Positions 1-10,187 of a DNA stretch of 64,000 nucleotides are shown here, piece by piece (position 1 is the stretch's first letter; every line of letters starts with the position of its first letter). Source of the DNA: a virus; the IMG/VR virus record IMGVR_UViG_3300045534_000133, positions 8,326-72,325 of that record. The stretch is one strand, 5' to 3'. Under the pieces are notes generated by a model. The model was not told the DNA's origin. It searched no databases and saw only the letters and a program-made list of their open reading frames with translations. The translations under genes and the position numbers were made by a program.

Positions 1-298
1 ACGCCTTCGCCCATAGGCTTCCGTGCACCGTGGAGCGCCCCCACGCATGCAGGAGGCCATTGCGCAGCCCGATGGGCGTGGAGCCCTCTGGCAGGCCCTC
101 CAGCGGCTCTCTCTGGGCATCTGTGGTGAAGATGGCCGGGTCGATGCCGAAGCCCGCCTGCAGCATGCGCTCGGCCGGTGTGGCCATGTGGAGCGGGGTG
201 AACCCGTATTCCCTGACCAAATAGGCCACAGCCATCGACGCCCCGGAGCCTGTGATGCCCGAGACGGCGATGACCGGCCGTCGGTTTTGCCTTGTCAT
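1..298 (-). CDS. dNMP kinase-like protein (runs off left edge), degenerate P-loop
   Basis: Hand translation from ATG at 298: MTRQNRRPVIAVSGITGSGASMAVAYLVREYGFTPLHMATPAERML...EPLEGLPEGSTPIGLRNGLLHAWGRSTVHGSLW. Layout matches phage deoxynucleoside monophosphate kinases. Not in the supplied ORF track. Confidence 0.6.
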   Translation of the reverse strand, partial: MTRQNRRPVIAVSGITGSGASMAVAYLVREYGFTPLHMATPAERMLQAGFGIDPAIFTTDAQREPLEGLPEGSTPIGLRNGLLHAWGRSTVHGSLWAKA

Positions 299-316
299 TG
301 ACAGGTGAGCGCCAGA

Positions 317-745
317 TCAGGGTGCGACAGGCTGCGGTGCAGGGTTCGGCATGATGGGCGACACCGGTTCTGCCGCGACAAAGACGAACTCCGGGTCCAG
401 TTCCGGTCCGGCAACGCCGCCAGCTTCCTCGTCCAGCAGCCCTGCCGCCCACGCCGCGATCTGGTAGTGGCGCCCCGCGCGGCCCCACAGATTGATCTGG
501 TAGGTGTGCATGGCCAGCGTGCCCATGACCGAAAGGGCCTCGACGCGGCCGGGCAGGTCTTCGTCCTCCGAACAGGCCCGGTACAGATACTCCACCGCCT
601 CAATGTGGGCGCGGGCAGCCTCGTCGAGGCGGTTCAGGTAGCGCATCTTTTCCTTGATGGGCTCCGACAGCAGGGCGGCGTGGTCGACCACCCAGTCGTA
701 GAAGCGGCTCATCGCGCCGACGGGGCCTTGGGAAAGATCGAACAT
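317..745 (-). CDS. hypothetical protein downstream of tail fibre
   Basis: 142-aa ORF, GGAG RBS upstream, co-oriented with the tail operon. Confidence 0.6.
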   Translation of the reverse strand: MFDLSQGPVGAMSRFYDWVVDHAALLSEPIKEKMRYLNRLDEAARAHIEAVEYLYRACSEDEDLPGRVEALSVMGTLAMHTYQINLWGRAGRHYQIAAWAAGLLDEEAGGVAGPELDPEFVFVAAEPVSPIMPNPAPQPVAP

Positions 746-769
746 TAGTGGTCTCCTAGATGATTGTGG

Positions 770-3700
770 TTACGCGGGGTTGCGTTGGATTTGGACGAGC
801 AGATTCAAGCCAACCGACAGAAGGTTCTCGCCGGAGTTTGTCTTCATGCGCAGCTTCCATGTACGCGAGCCGCCAGCCCGGACGCGCCAGCTTCGGCTCA
901 CGTCACTGTTGGGCTCGCCGATACCGTCAACGATGAAACTTTCAATGTTGTCCGCACCGCCACCGCTGCCGATTCTGTTAGCCTCCCAAGTTCCAGAGAG
1001 GAGAATCTTGCTGCTGCTTCCGCCGGTCGCGTCCTCGACGATCTCCCATGTGCCCTCGGGATTGATACCCGGCGAGCCGCCGCTCTTTCTGGTGCGGGAG
1101 GGCGTCAGTTCAACGTCCATAGCCATCCAGACCACCATGTAGGAGTTGGCTTGAATGTTCGTAAGGTTCAGCGTCACCTTGTCGGTCATGGTGGTGCTGT
1201 TCACATCCACCTGTGTGGAAAAGCCCCTGAAGAGTCCCGAGGTGTCGACCTCTTTGATCACACCCCCGCTTTGCACCTTGAAGCCGTAGGGCGTCAGCGA
1301 GGTGTCAACGTAGGTGTCACCGTTCTGGATGCCCGCCGTGACGGCGGCAGCGTTGCCCGCGTGTTCGCCAAGGTAGCGGCCTTGGACCTTCACCTCTGTC
1401 AGCGTGGAGGTAGCCAGCGGGCCCTGATTGATGACATTAAGCGCGGTGCCAGCCGCCGTCCTGATAAGATTCTCCGCGTACTGGCTGGCGCCGTCGGTTG
1501 ACCAGAGTTCATCGACGCGGGCCACCCGGTTGAAAGGTGTAAACCGCAGGTCTTCGACCCCAGAACTGATGTTGTCAGCGCCGGTTGTGGCGACATGAAC
1601 CCTGAACGCTCGGGATGCCGTCGTGGCAACGGTTCGCAACAGCGTCGAGACCCCCGCCGACTCCCGATAATACCTGACGTTCACCCCGTCATAAGTGACC
1701 GTAAACAGATCGCCCATGGCCACAAGGATGGCCGCCCCCTGTGGAGCCCCACCTTCGTATAGCTGGATGTGCGGCAGGCTTGAACTTGAGAACAAGTAGA
1801 AGGCGTAGTCGATGTGGATGTAGCCCGCGTCGCCCAGCGTGTAGCTGTCCGACAGGCCGAACATCGTCTCGGCGAGGCCGCCGCTCTGGAGACGGCGAGC
1901 CGAGGCCGAGGCGCCGCCCACATACCACTGGCGCGAATACGCACTGCCGGTCGTCCATGTGTAACCGCCGCTCGCTTTGCCAATCCGGTTTCCTTGGATG
2001 GTCACATGCGCGTCAGCCGCGATCATAGAGAGGTCGCTTGTCGCCCTGTCGCTCGGGCGAGTTGCGCCCGTCACGACGGCAAAATCAGACGAGGTCGCCG
2101 TGGGCGCTTGGCTGACGATGTTCAGGGCGGTGCCCTGATCGGTCCGGTGGGAGGCCCGCGTGGCGATCACATTGTCACCGGGAAGACCGCTGCCCGGAGG
2201 GGCTTCATAGATGCCCTCACCAAAGACCTGATCGCCGCTGCGCGGAACGCCGACCATGTGCACCCAGTAGGGCGTCGTCATGTTGACAGCAGTGCCAGAG
2301 ATGGCGGTGTTGTTCAGCGAGACGGACCAGCCGTTCTCCCATGCAAGCGATTGCGAGGTGTAGCCGATCTGCACGTTCCGAATGGTGACGTTCGGATACT
2401 GCCAGAGGTCACCGACAGACCCAATCCAGACGGTCGCCTTGCCTGCCGCGTTATAACCAAACTTAACCGGACGAGAGAAGGCTCGGGGGCCGTTGAATGT
2501 TGCAGTGACGTTCGCCCACCAGCCGCCGCTCCCAGTATTGTAGTGGTGACCGGCGACCGTGTAGGTGCTGGTGCGCCCGGTGGTGTAGTCGTGAACAACC
2601 ACGTCGAACGTGATCATCGGGCTCGCCACGTTCCAAGCGAACGGCAGAACGATCTCAAGCTGGCCGACTTGGTTTGAGGAACTGACATTGAACTGCCCGC
2701 CGTCGGGCTGCTGAACCAGTTTGACGCCACCCTCGAAGCGATCGTTCAGGACGCGGTTTGCGAGAGCCGTGGCCCCCGGGCCTTGGTTCACCACAAGGTT
2801 TGCGGTGCCCAAGCTGGTGACGAGGGCAGCCTCCGTTGCGACGGTTCCGTCCGCCCGCCGGAGGCTGCCGCCCACGGTCGTCACCTCAACGATGCGCCAG
2901 CCCGAAAACCAGTGGTTTGCGTTCGCCACGTTTCCGTAGTTGGGGAAGCCGATGATCTTCATACGCATGGCGTTTGTCGGGATTGGCCGCCCCGTCCCCG
3001 CGCCGAACACCGCGCTAAAATACTGGGTCTCGTTGTGGGCGATAGTCACCGCTGCCGGGTTATAGAGCCAGTAGGTTCCGTCACCACTAATGTTAGTGCC
3101 ATTTACAGTCTCAAGAGCAACGCCGCCGTAGCAATGCGAGACGGCGCTAGTCGAAGACCAGCTATAGACGTAACCTTCCACCATATAGGTTTTCGTGCGG
3201 TCAACAGGCACACTACGAGCACCACTGAAGAAACCGCTAAGACCGGTGATATTCTTTATCGCGGTGCCCGCTGGGGGCAGGTCGATGGCTTGGAACTCTG
3301 CATTGCTGAGAGTCCAAGCCGCCGGGTCGGCCATCGCCGTGTCTTCTGTCAGGCTGTCGCCTTGCGTGACGGCGGGGCGGTTATCCAGCGCCGACCATGG
3401 CGCGGCAATGTCAGCATCAGCGGTGGAGAGCGAGGTCGCCGTCGCAAAGCGAGTCTGGTTCACCACAAGGTTCGCGGTGCCCAGTGAGGTGATCAGATTG
3501 GTGCGACCGACCAGTGTTCCATCGCTGTCGTCAAAGGTGTTCTGGCCGATGCGTGGCACCTGCAGCGCCGGGCCCACCTGAATGTCGATCAGGTTGTTTC
3601 CGATATAGACCTGCGAAGCCGCGAACCCGAGAACCTGACCAGCGGCTGCCGCGTAGGTGGCCCTCAAAACACCGTTCTGGAACCACCGAGTCCTCACGCC

Positions 3701-6700
3701 GTCGTAAACGATAGTCAGAACATCGGTCAGGGCCCAAGTTCCGGCGGCTCCTTCCCACACAATCCCGTGGCCCCCAACGTAAGCGCGGATTGGGGTGGTT
3801 GCAGGTAGGCCCTCCACATACCACGAGTAGTTGATGGTGCTGTAGATGCCATCGAAGGCGGAGGACGCGAGGCCCGCCATGAAATAGGGCTGGGCGCTGG
3901 TTCCGACGCGGAACGCGCAGTAGGCTGACCCTGTGAAGCGATCGCGCGAATAGACGCCCGCGCCCCAGCCTCCGTTCGAGCCCCCTACCTTCGTGGCCGT
4001 GCTGCCGGTGACGGAGGTCTCCGCGTTGTAGGGCACCAGCGTGACTGTCGAGACCGTATTCTCGGTCCATGCGCCATATTGGATATCGACGATGGCCGAC
4101 GGGAAAACGGAGTCGATCGAGTTGTAAAAGTCGATGACCTTGGGCCACAGGGTCAGCCCGGCCGGAGCAGGTGCAGAGCAGTATCGGATGCCGTCAATGT
4201 CCACGAACACCGACGAGCCGTCGTAGCCCAGCGTCATGCGCGAAGTGAGATACATCAGCGGAGTGGAAACAGCGGCAACAAGCGTGTCGTTTTGGCTGTA
4301 AAGTTGAACGGTTCCTGCCGAACCGCCGTTGGTGATGTAGCGGCACCAGTATTTCAGGTTGCCTGCAGCAAAGCTGGTGGCGTCGTCATCGAGCGCAAAC
4401 TGCGTGTACCAGCCGCCGCCCGCTGACGCCGAAAGAAGGCTGCCGCGAATGTAGGCGGAGCCACGCTGCGGCGACCCGACAGCGCCCCCCTGAAAGGTTC
4501 CGTGTGTTCCGCCTGTCGCCTTAAAGACGCTGTTGCCGACCACCGAAGAAAACGAGCCGATAGGCGTCAGGACGCCGCTCGTGCCTGCGTAAGGGCTGGG
4601 CCGAGTGGCACCCTCGATGTAGGCGAAGTCGATCTGCCCGGCCGAGGTCAGCCGCTGCGTACGGTTGGTGACGGTGCTGGGCGTGATCGAGGTGTCGGTC
4701 ACCCACGGGGACTGACCGTTGACGAAGGCGGCCGTGCCGTCGCCAGTCACCAGCAGCGTGTCGCTAAGAGCCGCGCCGTTGTTCACACGACGCAGATTGC
4801 CCGTGAAAGCGCTGACGCCAGACGTTATGTCCACCTGCTCGTATTTGGCGATGTCCCACGAGAAAGCGACGTTAGTGCCCCCGGCGACATACATGTGGCC
4901 GATGCTGGAGAACGTGCCGGTCGTGCCGATGTAATAGATCAGTTCATAGAGCGCCCAGTTTCCAGTGCCCGCTTGAGAGGTCAGCCACGTTACAGTGCCC
5001 TCGTTTCCGTAGGAGTTAGCGGCAGTTTCGAGGGTGCGACCGACCGGGATTTTGGCCCAAATCTTGTAGAGGATTTTCGTGTTCTTGGCGTACAGACCCG
5101 GACGCGACGGGTTGCCGTCCCCCGTGTACTGCAGGCCCTGATAAATACCCCCAAAGCCCGGTGTCGGGTTGCTGTTTGGCGTGCCCGTGCCGTCGTAGGC
5201 AATCGTCAGCTTGAAGCCGGAGGCGTTCGGGGCCGTCGCGTCGGCGACACGGGTGATCGTGACCTTGGTGCCGCCCGCGTTATTGTAGATGCCGGTGTCT
5301 GCAGGAGGCCAAGCCAGATGGAACTCGGGGTCACGAGCAAGCTGCGTCCCCACGGCGCCGTTCATCATCTGGGCCGGGTTGAAGTGCGTGTTCAAGCCCG
5401 AGGTCAGATAGCTGTTGGTGTCGATGGCGTTGGCAAGGTGCGTTGTCGTGCGCCCGGTATAGGTCGCCCAGTCCTGTTGGTTCTGGACGTTCAGGGCGGT
5501 GCCATACTGGGTGACCAGCACGGGGTCCGTGCTGCTAACGTCCCCACCGGCCACGCTCACGAACACCGGAATGGCGTTACCGAGGAAGGTGGCCGTGGCC
5601 GCTTCGTTCCCAGTGCGATCGACGGTGCGACCGTAGTACCGGTAGTTGGTGCCGACCGTGACGTTAACGTCAACGAACTCCTCGTCAGTCGCGACCGTGT
5701 AAACCGACTGGGGAACGTCGTCCGGGCTCAAACCGTTTGTGTTGCGGTAGATCAGCGTGTGCAGGTAGTCGGTCATCGCCGGGCGCTTCTGCACCACGCG
5801 AACCCTGCGGCCCCCGATAGCAGTCGCCGAACCCGAAGTGATTGCGGGTGGCAACGTGGTTTTGCCTGTGGCTACGAGGGTCGCCGTAGAGTTGGCGGTG
5901 CTGACGTTGCCCAGCTTATCGACAGCCCAGACGCGGACTTGGTAAGAGACCCCAGACCGAACCCGGATGGTGTCTTGGCTGATGGAAACCGGATAGCGCC
6001 CAAGAGAGGTGCCGCCCTCCAACCACTCGACTTGGTAGCCGTCCAGATCGCTCTCGGCGTTATCGGGCCAGTTAGCGGTCATCAGGGTGACAGAGGTGCC
6101 ATCCGTGTTCAGCGTTGTCGCTTGCGACATGGTGACGGTGCCGGGCGTGGCCGGAGGGGTGGTGTCAAGATCGCCTGCGATGACGGCGCGCGTCTCCCCC
6201 AGCACCCCGGAGGTAGCCCCGGCCGGGAAATACGCCGTGGAATAGTTGCCGGACAGGTCGCGCGTGCGCACCCAGTAGTAGCGGCTGACAGTGCCAGCCA
6301 GCGCGTGTTCGTAGGTCTTGCCGGGGTCGGCAATCGAGTCGACCAGTGTGGCCAGCGCGCGGTTGTTCGTGGTGGCCGCCCACACCTCTGTCGCCCAGAG
6401 GTCGATATCGGTCGGCAGCCCCCAGTTCAGGACAATCTTGCCCACCTGCGCGCCGACGCCGTTGGTGGCCGTCAGGGACGTGGGAGCGTCGGGTGGGGCC
6501 GTCTTGCCAGCCGCCTCAATCTGAGCCGTCACCCACTCGCTGGTGAGGCCGTAGGGGCTGATCGAGCGGGCTCTGACCTCGTACTCGGCACCGGCATAGA
6601 CAGGGTCGATGAAAAACCCTGCCGTGTCGCGCGGCTGGCGCGGCAGCGGGGTGAAGTTGGGGCTCTCCAGATCGCGGTACTGCACCTCGACCGTCTCCAC

Positions 6701-9274
6701 CGGAATCTCGGCAGATGGCCAAGCGTCAAAAGAGACCGCAATGCGCTCGATGATCGTGCTGTCGGCGGTGTAGCGGGCCGTGTTGCTGTCGCTGGTGAGC
6801 CGCATGACGGGCACGGGCGGCTGCGCCCGCTCGAACGGCCGGGGCGTGGTGATGTAGCTGTTGAAGGCCGGGATAGTGCCCTGATCGGCCGTCCAGATGC
6901 CCGGCTGCGCGTTCGTGAGCGACAGAACCGCCGTCAGATCAGGGCCCGGCGCGATGCGCTTGACGATCATGGGCGCGGTTTCGAGGTCGCGGATTCCGTA
7001 CTGGAACAGGTCGCCGACTTCCGGCCCGCTGGCGATCGCGACGGGCGTGACCAGTTGCAGGGTGTCGGTCAGAACCGGTGAGGCACCGGCCGGGTTCACA
7101 ACCGGCAGGGCTGCAGTCGCAAAGTTGGCCTTGCGGCATCGTAGGCCCAGTAGTTGACCCGGGTCGCACTGCACCTCCGAGTCCAGCACGACGTGGGTGA
7201 TGTTCGGGCCGGAGATCGTGACCGCAGTGACGCGGCCATGGGCAAGCCCCACACTGATCGCGTCGTGGCTGAACTGGACGAGGCTGCCCAGCGTGCAGCG
7301 CAGGTTCTCCACGTCCATGCTGACCGTGTGCGTCTCCATCCGAAGCTGGAGAACCGCGAAGTGGTACATGCCCTCGCGCCACGCCTGCGCCGCCCGGGAG
7401 ATGCCGGGCATATCCAGCGTCTCGAAGGTGACTGCAGGGTCGGTGGCGCCAGCACCGTCGGCGCTGTAGCCCGGCGCATAGACCACGACCTCGTCATCCG
7501 CGTACAGTTTGTCCTCGTTCGAGAACCGGACCCGAAGGGCATGCGGAATCTCGGCGAAAACCTTGCTGCCAGCATAGCCCCACGAGTTCCGGGGGCTGAT
7601 GTGCTGAACAGGGACAGTTTGCACAACGTCGCGAACGACCGAGTATTTTCCGTCCCTGATCGTGAAGTTGGCCCGGCCGTGGCTGGCAACGGTGCGCAGG
7701 GCGGTGAAGATCGAGCCGCCCTCCAGAACCCCATCGAACGTCCAGTAGGGCGCCGGGCCGTTGGCTGGCGTGCTGGCGCAGGCGTTGGCCCAGTCCACGA
7801 TCGCGGTGAGGTCAATCCGGCTGTCAGCATTGATGGTGGCCGTGCCGCGACGGCGCAGCAGGTCAGCAAAGGCCCACGCCGGGTTTCTGGTGATCTGGTA
7901 GGCCCAAGTCCCGGGGCCCGGAGAGTAGACCGGCAGGTAGGATTCCGCGACGCAGTTAATCTGGTCCGGCACGCCGTTAAGCTGGCCAGACGCCTTCATG
8001 CGCAGTGCGATCAGGGCCATGCCGTCAGTCGGCAGAAACTCCTCGTCCACGATCGAGCGCAGGGTCGTGAAGATAGCGAAGCCCACCTCGCCCATCGGCT
8101 CGATCGGCGAGGTGCGTGTGATCTTGACCTCGTATTGGCCCGGCGAAACCGTCCAGCGGCCAGAACGCCGGAGACCGGCCTGCGTCTTGTCGCGAACGAA
8201 CAGCACGCCGTCGGTCTGGGTGCCGTATTCAGAACTGGGCTCAAGCCAATCGGCGTTTATCCATGCCCCGCCGGAGCCCGCCACACGATACTGGACCGTG
8301 AACGAAACCTCATGGAAACGGAGTTCACCCTTGACCACCCGGTTCACGCCGGACGGGAAGCCGATCTCGACGCTGATTTCCTTGGTGTTGAGCCGGGTGG
8401 TCTTGGTTGTCGTGGAGCCTGCCGCATCCAGCACGACAGCGTAGCTGTCCTCCTTGATGGCCTTCTGGTAGAGAGTCACGTCGGCATCGCCAACCCAGCC
8501 CTCGCGCGTCTCGATCTCGATGCCCGGGTAGGCGCTGATCGGCGTCTCGCCCAGCTTGATATCGCTGATCTTGAGCGGGCCCAGTCCCACCAGAAGCAGC
8601 AGGCGCAGGTACTGATCGTTGCCTTGCGTCTCGGTGTAGGGGCGCCCGGCCAGCATCGGGTACATCCGGCGCTTGCCCAGCACGCGCGGGATGGGCCCAT
8701 AGGGGGCCATCTGGTTGCGGAGGCCGGTGATCTGGCCGTAGGGGTTGCCTAGTTCCTGATCGAACCCCCACTGATTTTTCGCACCGGGCGGCGGGATAAG
8801 GGCCTGCACCAGCATCATGCCAGCAGTCGCGACCGCTATCTGCGCAAGACCCGTGACGACTCCCAAGGTGGTAGCGCCGACGCCGATCGGGGCCAGAAAA
8901 CCGAGGGCCATGCCAGCCAGCGGTCCAGCAACCGCCATGGCCACGACCATGACAGCGATCATGGCGATCGCGCGCAGGGTGTCCTTGCCCCCGCCGCCGC
9001 CGTGAAGCTGGTATCGAACATTGACGACCGCGCCCAGCTTGGGCTTCACGAGGTGCCACAGGGCAGGCTCGATCTGTTGGTCGTCGATGAAAACTTGGAC
9101 GTGGGCCGACATGGCGGGCGTAGCGCCAGTCGATCGAACGATATCCTCGACCGTTGACCCGAAGCCGACATGGAGAACGCGGGGCGCGACAAAGGGGCTC
9201 GACTGCAGGACCACGTCCGTCAGCGGCGGCAGAACCTCGCCCTCAATGGGCTCAAGCCGTTCCCCATCAGCCAT
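770..9274 (-). CDS. tail tip/host-specificity protein (gpI-like N-terminus fused to gpJ-like region) with FN3 and multiple lectin-like modules
   Basis: N-terminal 'GGGGKDTLRAIAMIAV' gpI-like segment; 'PYGPIPRVLG', 'TRNPAW' gpJ-type motifs; FN3-like segments ('GKTAPPDAPTSL', 'RYYWVRTRDLSGN'); long beta-rich C-terminus. Start is at 9274 or 9286. Confidence 0.85.
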   Translation of the reverse strand: MADGERLEPIEGEVLPPLTDVVLQSSPFVAPRVLHVGFGSTVEDIVRSTGATPAMSAHVQVFIDDQQIEPALWHLVKPKLGAVVNVRYQLHGGGGGKDTLRAIAMIAVMVVAMAVAGPLAGMALGFLAPIGVGATTLGVVTGLAQIAVATAGMMLVQALIPPPGAKNQWGFDQELGNPYGQITGLRNQMAPYGPIPRVLGKRRMYPMLAGRPYTETQGNDQYLRLLLLVGLGPLKISDIKLGETPISAYPGIEIETREGWVGDADVTLYQKAIKEDSYAVVLDAAGSTTTKTTRLNTKEISVEIGFPSGVNRVVKGELRFHEVSFTVQYRVAGSGGAWINADWLEPSSEYGTQTDGVLFVRDKTQAGLRRSGRWTVSPGQYEVKITRTSPIEPMGEVGFAIFTTLRSIVDEEFLPTDGMALIALRMKASGQLNGVPDQINCVAESYLPVYSPGPGTWAYQITRNPAWAFADLLRRRGTATINADSRIDLTAIVDWANACASTPANGPAPYWTFDGVLEGGSIFTALRTVASHGRANFTIRDGKYSVVRDVVQTVPVQHISPRNSWGYAGSKVFAEIPHALRVRFSNEDKLYADDEVVVYAPGYSADGAGATDPAVTFETLDMPGISRAAQAWREGMYHFAVLQLRMETHTVSMDVENLRCTLGSLVQFSHDAISVGLAHGRVTAVTISGPNITHVVLDSEVQCDPGQLLGLRCRKANFATAALPVVNPAGASPVLTDTLQLVTPVAIASGPEVGDLFQYGIRDLETAPMIVKRIAPGPDLTAVLSLTNAQPGIWTADQGTIPAFNSYITTPRPFERAQPPVPVMRLTSDSNTARYTADSTIIERIAVSFDAWPSAEIPVETVEVQYRDLESPNFTPLPRQPRDTAGFFIDPVYAGAEYEVRARSISPYGLTSEWVTAQIEAAGKTAPPDAPTSLTATNGVGAQVGKIVLNWGLPTDIDLWATEVWAATTNNRALATLVDSIADPGKTYEHALAGTVSRYYWVRTRDLSGNYSTAYFPAGATSGVLGETRAVIAGDLDTTPPATPGTVTMSQATTLNTDGTSVTLMTANWPDNAESDLDGYQVEWLEGGTSLGRYPVSISQDTIRVRSGVSYQVRVWAVDKLGNVSTANSTATLVATGKTTLPPAITSGSATAIGGRRVRVVQKRPAMTDYLHTLIYRNTNGLSPDDVPQSVYTVATDEEFVDVNVTVGTNYRYYGRTVDRTGNEAATATFLGNAIPVFVSVAGGDVSSTDPVLVTQYGTALNVQNQQDWATYTGRTTTHLANAIDTNSYLTSGLNTHFNPAQMMNGAVGTQLARDPEFHLAWPPADTGIYNNAGGTKVTITRVADATAPNASGFKLTIAYDGTGTPNSNPTPGFGGIYQGLQYTGDGNPSRPGLYAKNTKILYKIWAKIPVGRTLETAANSYGNEGTVTWLTSQAGTGNWALYELIYYIGTTGTFSSIGHMYVAGGTNVAFSWDIAKYEQVDITSGVSAFTGNLRRVNNGAALSDTLLVTGDGTAAFVNGQSPWVTDTSITPSTVTNRTQRLTSAGQIDFAYIEGATRPSPYAGTSGVLTPIGSFSSVVGNSVFKATGGTHGTFQGGAVGSPQRGSAYIRGSLLSASAGGGWYTQFALDDDATSFAAGNLKYWCRYITNGGSAGTVQLYSQNDTLVAAVSTPLMYLTSRMTLGYDGSSVFVDIDGIRYCSAPAPAGLTLWPKVIDFYNSIDSVFPSAIVDIQYGAWTENTVSTVTLVPYNAETSVTGSTATKVGGSNGGWGAGVYSRDRFTGSAYCAFRVGTSAQPYFMAGLASSAFDGIYSTINYSWYVEGLPATTPIRAYVGGHGIVWEGAAGTWALTDVLTIVYDGVRTRWFQNGVLRATYAAAAGQVLGFAASQVYIGNNLIDIQVGPALQVPRIGQNTFDDSDGTLVGRTNLITSLGTANLVVNQTRFATATSLSTADADIAAPWSALDNRPAVTQGDSLTEDTAMADPAAWTLSNAEFQAIDLPPAGTAIKNITGLSGFFSGARSVPVDRTKTYMVEGYVYSWSSTSAVSHCYGGVALETVNGTNISGDGTYWLYNPAAVTIAHNETQYFSAVFGAGTGRPIPTNAMRMKIIGFPNYGNVANANHWFSGWRIVEVTTVGGSLRRADGTVATEAALVTSLGTANLVVNQGPGATALANRVLNDRFEGGVKLVQQPDGGQFNVSSSNQVGQLEIVLPFAWNVASPMITFDVVVHDYTTGRTSTYTVAGHHYNTGSGGWWANVTATFNGPRAFSRPVKFGYNAAGKATVWIGSVGDLWQYPNVTIRNVQIGYTSQSLAWENGWSVSLNNTAISGTAVNMTTPYWVHMVGVPRSGDQVFGEGIYEAPPGSGLPGDNVIATRASHRTDQGTALNIVSQAPTATSSDFAVVTGATRPSDRATSDLSMIAADAHVTIQGNRIGKASGGYTWTTGSAYSRQWYVGGASASARRLQSGGLAETMFGLSDSYTLGDAGYIHIDYAFYLFSSSSLPHIQLYEGGAPQGAAILVAMGDLFTVTYDGVNVRYYRESAGVSTLLRTVATTASRAFRVHVATTGADNISSGVEDLRFTPFNRVARVDELWSTDGASQYAENLIRTAAGTALNVINQGPLATSTLTEVKVQGRYLGEHAGNAAAVTAGIQNGDTYVDTSLTPYGFKVQSGGVIKEVDTSGLFRGFSTQVDVNSTTMTDKVTLNLTNIQANSYMVVWMAMDVELTPSRTRKSGGSPGINPEGTWEIVEDATGGSSSKILLSGTWEANRIGSGGGADNIESFIVDGIGEPNSDVSRSWRVRAGGSRTWKLRMKTNSGENLLSVGLNLLVQIQRNPA

Positions 9275-9288
9275 AAAGGCCCCCATCG

Positions 9289-9702
9289 TCAGACGTGACG
9301 GTAGAACCCCACGATTCGGTTCTCCCACATCATCGACGGACGGTAGCGCTCAACGCACGAGTCTGCACCCCTGATCGAATGAATCATCTGTCCATCACCG
9401 ACGACCATGCCGACGTGCATGGGGTGGCCGGAGAGGCGAATGATGATGCCGTCGAAAACCTGCTCCTGCCCGGGCAGCACGGGCATGAACCGTTCGGCGA
9501 ACGCACTGCAGGCTTTTCCAATGTCGCGGCTTGTAGCCCCCTCCCCGCCCCAAACAGGGCCATCATACGATGGGATGGTGCGGCCGGACTGTTCGTTGAA
9601 GATCAGTTCAAAAAGACCGTAACAATCGAGCCCATCCCTAGAGCGCCCCCCAATACTATACGGCAGACCAACATAATCGGCCACCCACGCAGGAATAGTC
9701 AC
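9289..9702 (-). CDS. NlpC/P60 tail tip assembly protein (gpK-like)
   Basis: 'YVGLPYSIGGRSRDGLDCYGL' and 'HVGMVVGDGQMIHS' Cys/His motifs; GTGA overlap with upstream stop. Confidence 0.9.
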   Translation of the reverse strand: MTIPAWVADYVGLPYSIGGRSRDGLDCYGLFELIFNEQSGRTIPSYDGPVWGGEGATSRDIGKACSAFAERFMPVLPGQEQVFDGIIIRLSGHPMHVGMVVGDGQMIHSIRGADSCVERYRPSMMWENRIVGFYRHV

Positions 9703-10187
9703 AACGTGCACCCTTCGTGAAGACGGCGCTTTATCAGAACGTAGGCCTCGTGGGCCTCCGCTGCTGATGGGAAACGCGGGGTCTTGTACTGGCGGCCGTT
9801 GCTCCAGACGACGCCGACAAACTTGCCGTTCCGGGTTTTCTGGACGCCCAGATACCCCGTTGTGTTTTGTTTGCGGGGGCGTCGTTCGTTCTGCTGATTT
9901 TGCTTGCGCGGCACGTCACGAAGGTTGGACCAGCGACAGTCTGCAGGATTTTGGTTGAGGTGATCGACTTGACCTTTGGGCCACTCACCGGTCATGTAAA
10001 GCCAGATCAGAACGGCGATCTGGCACCGCTTCCCCATGAACTGCGTGCGTTTGCGCCCGTCGGGGTCTTCCCACCTGCCGCCAACAGCATAACCCGGACG
10101 GCCCCGGCCTACCGACTTCACCCACAAAAACTCGCCGGTGAGCGGGTTGTAGCTGGTGGCTGCCCGGATAGCGTCGGCTTCTGTCAT
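9699..10187 (-). CDS. HNH/AP2-type homing endonuclease
   Basis: 'YNPLTGEFLW', 'WLYMTGEWPKGQVDHLNQNPADCRWSNL', 'NTTGYLGV', 'AAEAHEAY'; ATGA overlap at 10184-10187. Confidence 0.85.
   Translation of the reverse strand: MTEADAIRAATSYNPLTGEFLWVKSVGRGRPGYAVGGRWEDPDGRKRTQFMGKRCQIAVLIWLYMTGEWPKGQVDHLNQNPADCRWSNLRDVPRKQNQQNERRPRKQNTTGYLGVQKTRNGKFVGVVWSNGRQYKTPRFPSAAEAHEAYVLIKRRLHEGCTL

Noticed and set aside
1405-5520. Diversity-generating retroelement or shufflon acting on the tail fibre
   Set aside because: No reverse transcriptase or invertase in the window; repeats are short in-frame linkers, not adenine-variant TR/VR pairs
4502-8752. Long + strand ORFs (859 aa, 532 aa) and similar ones at 19541, 25704, 29073 and 60042
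   Set aside because: Antisense shadows of well-supported minus-strand genes in high-GC DNA; no motifs
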